Assembly: GCA_040767085.1 (NCBI GenBank)
Contig: JAXGPF010000004.1
Coordinates: 160,001-224,000 of the forward strand
Direction: 5' to 3'
From: Kiritimatiellia bacterium
GTDB taxonomy: Bacteria; Verrucomicrobiota; Kiritimatiellia; JAAZAB01
Length of the DNA: 64,000 nucleotides
The notes beneath the pieces were generated by a model. The model saw only the letters and a program-made list of their open reading frames with translations, was not told where the DNA came from and did no database searches. This document shows positions 57,137 through 64,000 of this stretch, one piece after another (position 1 is the stretch's first letter; each line of letters starts with the position of its first letter). A program made the translations under genes and the position numbers.

Positions 57137-59701
57137 TCAATACACAAATTTCGTTTCAGCCTGTCGGCCGGCCGCCAGTTCGCGGACCCGCACGGTCCAT
57201 TCCCCGCGCCGGTCGTTTTCCGCCAAGTTGAGTTCGACTTCCAGTTCGCCATCCCGCGCACCGTAATACCCGCTGAACTCCGCCTCCTCGCCCGCCGGAT
57301 CCAGGATGCGCATCTCCACCGGCGCCACCGCCGCCACCGGCGCCCCCTGCCCATCCGTCACCGCCGCGCGCACAATCACCCGCCGCTCATCCGGATGGCG
57401 CGCCGCTGCCACACGCACCGCCTCGATCGGCCGCCCCGTGATCAGGTACAGCCGCCCGCCGCCCGGACCCAGCCGCGTCTCCCATGAAAGTTTGCCGGCG
57501 CCGGCATCCGCCGGCACCGCGCGCCTTTCGGTCAAGTCATACACGTATCCGGCCGGGCGGCGCACGCTCAGCCGCGCGGAACACTCCAGCCCCCGCTCCA
57601 TCACCTTCCGGTACTGGCCCACGTAATCGCCGTACTCGCGCCGGTCATTGATGGCAAACACGTAATCGGCATCCTTGTGCGCGCGCCGGTATACCAGCAC
57701 ATTCGGATCGGAGGAGTCCGTGTACCACGCGTACACCGGCGCCAGGTCCGCGCGCAATTGCGCGGCCATGGCCTGCAACCCGGCCTTGTTGCGGTCCGGC
57801 GCGCCGCCCGGCGCGCCGGCTGGAATCAAAATATCCGGCGTCAGCGCCGGCGCCAGGTTGCGATCCGCCACCACCACTCCGCCCCGGCGCTGAAAGGCCT
57901 GAATTTGACCGCATACTCCCGCCGGCAAAGCCGGACAATCCGGCAGCACCAGCACCCGCACGCCGGCCAGCCCGTCGCGCAGGATCGTTTCCTCGTACAC
58001 CACCCGGGGCTGCAACCGCGCCCATTGCAGCATCTGGTGCGCCGATCCGGCCCAGCCGCGCGCCCACCCCCAGGTCCACTGGCCGCCAAAGATGCCCGAC
58101 GTGAAACTCTCCAGCAGGGCCACATCGCATGGCGCATTCGTCACTTCCAGCAGGGTCGGCCCCAGCGGCAGCGCCGTATCGTGCAGCAATTCCGTCAGCA
58201 CCCGCAGCGTCTCGGGATTGGTCAGACGCTGCTGGTCCCCGCCGCCCCAGAGCACCCCGCTGCCGTAATACATGATGCCGCGCACCGGGCGCGAGATTTT
58301 CAGCCAGAACGCCTCGCGCAACTGGTCGGGCGCCGTGGTAATGAAAGCCGCGGTGGGCTCGCTCAGCTCCCATGCCGCCGGCGCAACGGCGGCGTTGGAT
58401 GGCGCCACCTGCTTGCGGTACCATAGCACCTGGGTCATTTTCATCATGTCCTGCCCCGGCCGGCCCGCCGCCATGGCCAGCAATTCATCCGCCGCCAGCG
58501 CCATCCGCGGCGGATCGGGATAGGTGTAGGTCCAATGTGCAATCACATCCAGACCGCCGCCGCTGCCCCATAACGGCGGCGCGCGCACCGCCGGATCGGT
58601 AAAAGTCCAGAATCCCGGAGACAGGCCGGCGTTTTTCAGGCCTGCATGGACCATGGTGTTCAGGTCGTTCCAACCGTCGCCAGTCTTCCAGAACCAGCGG
58701 TAAAAATGCAGGATGAGGTCGTCATCCGGCACCAACCCGTTGACCGGCAAGCAAGCCGGCCCCTGCTTGCGGCCCAACCCGCTTTTATGGACCGCCGCCG
58801 TGGGGATTTCCCGGCCGGCGAATGCCTGATAGGCGGCCAGGTCATGCGGATGAAAGCACAATTCGGTGTCATCGCGGATTTCATTGTTGATGTCGGCGCC
58901 CAGGAAGGCCGGATGACCTCCGCAGGTCAAGGCGACACTCGCTCCAACGTTGTGGCAGAATTCCTGCGCCTCCGGGAACAGCCCGCATAAATTCACCCGG
59001 CGATACGGTTGGCCGTTGCGGTCCAGACGCTGGTACAATTGCATTAGTCTGGCGTCCGCCTGTAAAAAGCGACCGGGATTGACGGTTGCAATCGCCCTGA
59101 TGCCATTGGCCAGAAAATTGTCCAGGGTTGCGGCCGTCATGTCTGGATTGACCGCCAGAGGCGCCCCGGCGCGCCAGACTTGCCCGTACACCCGCGCAAT
59201 GAACATGCAATGATTGAAGCCCGCGGCCTTGGCCTTGGCCATGTCCCATGAATAAGCCCCCCAGAGTACGATGGGCATGACCTGCGGCAGCGGCCGCGGG
59301 ACAAACGTCATGACCGTCTCGGCTTCGGCCGCAACCGGGCCGGACGCCCCGGCGCCGGCCAGCCGCAGCATGACCCGGTATTGACCCGGCTTCCAGGATG
59401 TGTCCAGGGGAATCGCCACAGCCAGAGCGCCTCCAGCCGGCAGGCAGTCCGAGGGCAAAACCGCCGGCAGGGGAAAATCGCCGGCCGATGCCGACAGGCG
59501 CAGATTGGCCACCGGTCCGGCCAGGGCATTGGTAACCTGCCAGTTCAGGAAGGCGCCGGCTTCCATCCGTTGGAACACCGTCCGACCGGCAAGCTCCACC
59601 TGCACGGACGGCGCGGCGGGCTCCGCCGCCCAAAAGTGCGCCGCCGGCCACACCGCGCCCAGCGCCAGCATCAGGCCCACAAACATTTGCCCATGTAACA
59701 C
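57137..59701 (-). CDS. Secreted GH42/beta-galactosidase-like protein with trimerisation and Ig-like domains
   Basis: Signal peptide; GHPAF...INNEI (clan A acid/base-like); LAGVRVLVLP...FQRRGGVVVAD; C-terminal Ig-like domain. Start 59701 or 59686. Confidence 0.7.
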   Translation of the reverse strand: MLHGQMFVGLMLALGAVWPAAHFWAAEPAAPSVQVELAGRTVFQRMEAGAFLNWQVTNALAGPVANLRLSASAGDFPLPAVLPSDCLPAGGALAVAIPLDTSWKPGQYRVMLRLAGAGASGPVAAEAETVMTFVPRPLPQVMPIVLWGAYSWDMAKAKAAGFNHCMFIARVYGQVWRAGAPLAVNPDMTAATLDNFLANGIRAIATVNPGRFLQADARLMQLYQRLDRNGQPYRRVNLCGLFPEAQEFCHNVGASVALTCGGHPAFLGADINNEIRDDTELCFHPHDLAAYQAFAGREIPTAAVHKSGLGRKQGPACLPVNGLVPDDDLILHFYRWFWKTGDGWNDLNTMVHAGLKNAGLSPGFWTFTDPAVRAPPLWGSGGGLDVIAHWTYTYPDPPRMALAADELLAMAAGRPGQDMMKMTQVLWYRKQVAPSNAAVAPAAWELSEPTAAFITTAPDQLREAFWLKISRPVRGIMYYGSGVLWGGGDQQRLTNPETLRVLTELLHDTALPLGPTLLEVTNAPCDVALLESFTSGIFGGQWTWGWARGWAGSAHQMLQWARLQPRVVYEETILRDGLAGVRVLVLPDCPALPAGVCGQIQAFQRRGGVVVADRNLAPALTPDILIPAGAPGGAPDRNKAGLQAMAAQLRADLAPVYAWYTDSSDPNVLVYRRAHKDADYVFAINDRREYGDYVGQYRKVMERGLECSARLSVRRPAGYVYDLTERRAVPADAGAGKLSWETRLGPGGGRLYLITGRPIEAVRVAAARHPDERRVIVRAAVTDGQGAPVAAVAPVEMRILDPAGEEAEFSGYYGARDGELEVELNLAENDRRGEWTVRVRELAAGRQAETKFVY

Positions 59702-59747
59702 GATGCAACCCTTCCCTTGAATCCGCCAATCAACGCGCCCGCGGCCA

Positions 59748-61397
59748 TTACCGCACCGAAAAAATGGTGCCGGCATGGGGCAGCAGCCGCTCGTAACATC
59801 CGATATCCACGATGTCGTACAGAATCCGAGGCGCGCCGTCCAGATCCACGGCATCCTCCATCCAGGCGCGGTTGGCGCCCTGGTTGATGCAGGACGATGC
59901 CGGGTGCAGATGATAATTGAGCGATGCCGGCGCAACGAAAAGCGGATCGGAAGTAATAGTGCCGACGGAATACGTGGCCGGCGCGCCGGACAGTTCCGGA
60001 GCCAGGCAGCAGTTGGTGAAGGTGATTATATCGCTTTCTACCAGGTAATAATTCCGGGTGGCCGAATCGGGCGTCGAATTAGAATTGCCGTAAATGATGG
60101 TGTTTTCCAACAAATGTTTCCGGGTGGTGTTGCCGCAATACACCCCGCCGCCATACTGGCTCTTGGCATAATTGCCGGCAATCGTGCAGTTGAATATGTA
60201 GGTGTCGTGAGCCGCGGTGTCCGTGCAATGAATCCCGCCGCCGCGGTAATCGGAAAACGAAGCGCTGTTGTTGACGATCAGGCTGTTCCATACCTGCCCG
60301 CCCAGCATCAGAATCCCGCCGCCGCGGCGGCTGGTGTTGTCCATTATCTTGCTGTTCCTGATCACGCTGTTGAGGCGCGACATGTAAACCCCGCCGCCGC
60401 CCTGGTTGCCGCCGCCGATGCCGGGGCAGGTATTGCTGACAATGACACAGCCGCTAATTTCGCCAACGGAATACAACGCAATTCCGCCGCCGTATTCCCG
60501 GCTGTAATTGCCGCTGACCACGCAATTTGAGAAAATATTGTATGACCCGTATTGCGCACCCGCCCCGCCGCCGTAGGTGTGTCCGTAATTGCCGGTTATC
60601 CGGCAATCATTGAACACGGCGCAGCGGGGGTATGCCCCACCGCCCTGATCGCCGGCCCAGTTTTCGATAAAATCGCAATCGTCAAAAAGGGTCGGGCGGA
60701 TAGTGCCCTGATGGTAAGCATGCATACCGCCGCCGTCGCCCGTGGCGACATTGGTCTGAAAAGTGCAGCCCGCCACGACAAAATGTTCCGCATTGCTGCC
60801 GATGAAATACGCCCCGGCGCCGTTTTCCGCCCGGTTGGAAACAAAAGTGCAGCCGTAAACCAGGTTGGTGCTGTCGGATGCGTCCAAGTTCGCGCGGTTG
60901 AAATACAACCCGCCGCCATTGACCGCCGCCTCGTTGTTGGCCAGCACGCAATTCCGCAGTTCGCCGTTATGCATGTACACGCCGGCGCCGGCGGGATCAG
61001 CCGGCGCGGCGTAGCCGCCGGTGATATAAAGATTATCCAGGAGCCCGGTGACCCCGGCGGAAAAATAAAAACAGCGGACCGCGCCGCCGCCGTCCACCAC
61101 CGGCTGCCCGTTCGTGCCGCGGATGGCAACCTGGCAATTGACGGTCACCTGCCCGTCCAGCAGGTATGTCCCCGCATCCACCCAGACGGTGTTGTCCGGT
61201 TCGCCGGCGGCGTCTACATAATCCACGGCCGTGCCGATGTTGGTCGCGGCGTTGGCCCAGGTGTTGTACGGTTCGGCGGGATTCACGCCGGGCGTGCCCG
61301 GCTCGACCACGTAAACCACCGCCGCCCATCCCGGACCACAACCAATCCCTATGCTCATACAAAGCAGCGCGATGCAAGCAGCTTGACGATGCGACAT
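59748..61397 (-). CDS. Secreted right-handed beta-helix (Pmp-like, choice-of-anchor Q) protein
   Basis: PYNTWANAATNI; many FxxNxA..GG[GA] repeats; DPLFV...YHL..SSCINQG...DLDGAPRI..VDIGCYE. Confidence 0.85.
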   Translation of the reverse strand: MSHRQAACIALLCMSIGIGCGPGWAAVVYVVEPGTPGVNPAEPYNTWANAATNIGTAVDYVDAAGEPDNTVWVDAGTYLLDGQVTVNCQVAIRGTNGQPVVDGGGAVRCFYFSAGVTGLLDNLYITGGYAAPADPAGAGVYMHNGELRNCVLANNEAAVNGGGLYFNRANLDASDSTNLVYGCTFVSNRAENGAGAYFIGSNAEHFVVAGCTFQTNVATGDGGGMHAYHQGTIRPTLFDDCDFIENWAGDQGGGAYPRCAVFNDCRITGNYGHTYGGGAGAQYGSYNIFSNCVVSGNYSREYGGGIALYSVGEISGCVIVSNTCPGIGGGNQGGGGVYMSRLNSVIRNSKIMDNTSRRGGGILMLGGQVWNSLIVNNSASFSDYRGGGIHCTDTAAHDTYIFNCTIAGNYAKSQYGGGVYCGNTTRKHLLENTIIYGNSNSTPDSATRNYYLVESDIITFTNCCLAPELSGAPATYSVGTITSDPLFVAPASLNYHLHPASSCINQGANRAWMEDAVDLDGAPRILYDIVDIGCYERLLPHAGTIFSVR

Positions 61398-61562
61398 TTT
61401 CTGTCTCCTTTCGCTTACGCCGCGGCCGGCCGGGCCGCCGCCTGGTTTATGCTGGCCCGCCCGGCGGGTTCGACGGGCGGCGCCAAAAAATATATTGATC
61501 CATCGCCGACAGTCTGGCAAGGTTTTTGTCACACGACTGCCCCACGGATCAAAATCTTCCGG

Positions 61563-64000
61563 TCATAACTGCACCTTGAGCACCTGGCCCCAGCGGAACG
61601 CGGGCAACTCCACCTGCCAGCCGCCGCGCACGCGACGCAGGGGCAAAGCCGGGCCGGGCTCCGGCAGGCAGCAATGCATGGCGTCGGGCCGGGCGCCGCG
61701 CCAGGTCAATTTCACCCCCCACCGCCAGGGCGGCACATCCGCATCGCCCGCGGCGGCGTTGCCCGGCTGCGGGAACTGCTGGACATGCACAATGGCGGAT
61801 CGGCGGCGGCGAAAGACGCCGGCAATCAGGCCCGGCCCGCCGTCTACCAGGGCGGGCGGCGGGGCGAATCGGCTGAGCCAGGCGCGCGCCGCAGCGGACA
61901 GGCCGGCGCTGGGCGACTGCCGGAAAATCATCCCGGGCTCGAACGCGCATTGCAGAATCCGCCCGCGCCCCACACGGCTTTCGTGGAGGCAAGGGCCTGG
62001 CGCAAACAGCCGGATGCCAGCCAGGCGGCCGGATGCAGGCAGCTCTGCCAGCGGCCGGGCCGCCACGCTGGTCCATCCTGGGACGGACGGATCATGAAAC
62101 CGTGCGTGCAATTCCGGGCGCTGCCGCAGCGTCTCCCAATCGGGGAACCGCCGGCCGAACGGGAAGCGCGCGCGGTCGCCCAGCGGCGTCCGGCGCGGCT
62201 CGCCGTGTTCATCGCATACGCCGAACCAGGGGCCGGTGACCAGGACGCCGCCGGCCTTTACGTAACGCATGACCTGGCGGTACTGAGCCGCAGATAGCGC
62301 CACTGCCAATGGCATCAGCAGCAGGGGATATTCCCGCAAGGCATGTTCCGCGCCGCGGCCGGCGGCCAGATGCGCATCGAAAATCACGTCGCAATTCAGG
62401 CCGGCATGCGCCAGCATATGGTGCCATCCGACCAGGCCGTTCCAGTACCAGCTGGTTTTATCAAGCCGGATGTAATCCGGATTGCGCCCGAAAACAAAGG
62501 TATCCACCTGCTGCGAAACATGCAATGCCGCATACGGCCAGGAAGGCAGGTTGAGGTACGGGGCGCGCGGCAGGAGTTCCCGCGCCAGTTCCCCCAGCAC
62601 CAGCCCTTCCACCGTCCCGCGCCCGCCGCCGACGCTGGCATGGCCGCCGGCGGTGGCGCAGGCCAGCGCGAAATCCAGCATCGGGCGCGGGCGCGGCTGT
62701 TGTCCCCGGATCGTCGGTTTGGACGCCTGCGCCATGCCCATCCATACTTCCGTGTCAGGGCGGCCGTACGCGCGCATCAAACGCGTATAAAAAGCGCCGC
62801 GCAACGGCTCGCCGTCGGCCTCGGAACCGCTGATGAAGCCCTTGCCGAAAGGGGCCAGGGGGATGCCGGAATGCCAGTTCGTGTTCTCGCGGTGGTAATG
62901 GTTGAAAACAATCGCGGCCTCCGGCACGGCCCGGCGCACTGTCTCCGTCAGCCGCTGCCAATAGGCGCTGAACATGTCGTAGCGCCACTGCACCCAGCGC
63001 CGGAATTCCGGCCGGCTCCAATCGTAGGCGTCCGGCAAGGCGCACCCCGCCGCCCGCTGGAACGCCCGGGCGCAATGCGGGCAGACGCATGAAACCGGGG
63101 CCGGCTTCGACCAGGAAGGCGAAAGGAATGACGCGTCAAACCAGATGCCGTCAAAATCGAATTTACGCAGCAACTCGATGCAGGCGCCGATCATGGCGTT
63201 GCCGTAGGGGCTGTTGATGCAGCAGGCGCCATGGCCCCAGGAATTTTCAGCAGGAGGGTTAACCAGGAAATGCTGGCGCCAGCCGGGGTGCGCCTCCCAC
63301 GCCGGCCGGTTGATGGTTAACGACATCCAGGTCATGGCGGAAATCCTCCGCTGATGCAGGAGCGCCACCCATTTTTGCAACGCCGCCTCATGTTCCGGCT
63401 TGGCTTTTGGATTGGACGGCAGGTATTTTGAACGATATAACAAGCCCCGACTTCCGCCATCCACGGAAATCCAGCGCGCATCCACACCCAGGTTGGCCAT
63501 TAAATGCTCAAATTCGGGAATCGGCATGCCGCCGCAGGGACCGAGGGGATCCGGACGGTTTTCATGCCGCACCAACGTCCGCGCGTAATTCCGCCAAAGC
63601 GCGCCCCGGTCCTCGCGTATGATATCCGGCACGCCGTTCCGCCATGCGACCGCATCAAGCCGGAAAGACCAGCCGCCCGTGCCGCTGATGATGCGCAGCG
63701 CCAAGGTATGCGGGCCGGGCCCTACGGCCAGCACCACCGGATGACGTCCGCCCCGGTTGCCGTTGCGCAAATCCAGCGCCTCCCGGCCGTCTACCCACAA
63801 GACGGCGTAAAAATCCACATCCAGCCGCAGCGAGAGCGCGCCCTCGCCGGGCGCCGTGAAACGCGCGAACGCGAAAGCCTGCGGCGTCCCGTCTGTCCCG
63901 CCCAGCGCCGCGCCCAGGTTCAGCGTATGATCGGTCAGGACCATGCGGCGCGGCTGCAGCCGCGCGCCCGGCATGGCCACCGCACCGGCGGGCGGCTTGT
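61563..64000 (-). CDS. Putative glycosyl hydrolase (GHL6/GH42-like) with an N-terminal jelly-roll domain, 5' end outside the window
   Basis: Frame open to the window edge; CCINSPY; FDGIWFD; CVCPHCARAF; YPLLLMP..LS...YVKAGGVLV. Confidence 0.75.
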   Translation of the reverse strand, partial: KPPAGAVAMPGARLQPRRMVLTDHTLNLGAALGGTDGTPQAFAFARFTAPGEGALSLRLDVDFYAVLWVDGREALDLRNGNRGGRHPVVLAVGPGPHTLALRIISGTGGWSFRLDAVAWRNGVPDIIREDRGALWRNYARTLVRHENRPDPLGPCGGMPIPEFEHLMANLGVDARWISVDGGSRGLLYRSKYLPSNPKAKPEHEAALQKWVALLHQRRISAMTWMSLTINRPAWEAHPGWRQHFLVNPPAENSWGHGACCINSPYGNAMIGACIELLRKFDFDGIWFDASFLSPSWSKPAPVSCVCPHCARAFQRAAGCALPDAYDWSRPEFRRWVQWRYDMFSAYWQRLTETVRRAVPEAAIVFNHYHRENTNWHSGIPLAPFGKGFISGSEADGEPLRGAFYTRLMRAYGRPDTEVWMGMAQASKPTIRGQQPRPRPMLDFALACATAGGHASVGGGRGTVEGLVLGELARELLPRAPYLNLPSWPYAALHVSQQVDTFVFGRNPDYIRLDKTSWYWNGLVGWHHMLAHAGLNCDVIFDAHLAAGRGAEHALREYPLLLMPLAVALSAAQYRQVMRYVKAGGVLVTGPWFGVCDEHGEPRRTPLGDRARFPFGRRFPDWETLRQRPELHARFHDPSVPGWTSVAARPLAELPASGRLAGIRLFAPGPCLHESRVGRGRILQCAFEPGMIFRQSPSAGLSAAARAWLSRFAPPPALVDGGPGLIAGVFRRRRSAIVHVQQFPQPGNAAAGDADVPPWRWGVKLTWRGARPDAMHCCLPEPGPALPLRRVRGGWQVELPAFRWGQVLKVQL

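Overview
High-GC bacterial chromosome segment. Gene content and order suggest a PVC-superphylum organism, probably Kiritimatiellia/Lentisphaerae-like (inference, not verified). From left to right: the end of an LpoB/COG3014 lipoprotein locus; a secreted protein-FHA-PEGA operon; a surface-glycan cluster (two GT4, a large secreted protein, methyltransferase, GT2, LpxL-like acyltransferase); a long minus-strand run ispD-metallophosphoesterase-ferredoxin-lysS-lolC/E-lolD-ilvE-mcsA-mcsB-clpC; a TrmH-family methylase, gltA, rpmB, lemA and an M48 protease; a deletion-scarred polysaccharide-lyase pseudogene; a small redox/accessory region (rhodanese, SDR, DUF853 ATPase, desulforedoxin-like proteins, chagasin); an orphan hybrid kinase; the first half of the dcw cluster (mraZ to murD) with two small ORFs inserted between mraZ and rsmH; and a 14-kb carbohydrate-utilisation locus that runs off the right end. 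I found no tRNA, rRNA, CRISPR array or transposase. The best leads are: mirror-image promoter inverted repeats at 7.6-7.8 kb with an unannotated 48-aa membrane peptide; a multi-hairpin, switch-like element between clpC and lpxL; the FHA/PEGA operon with a structured leader; the small-ORF insert in the dcw cluster; a GH2 apparently split across two genes; and possible lineage-specific signals on exported proteins (TN dipeptides, C-terminal tags). All calls were made by eye, with no database searches.
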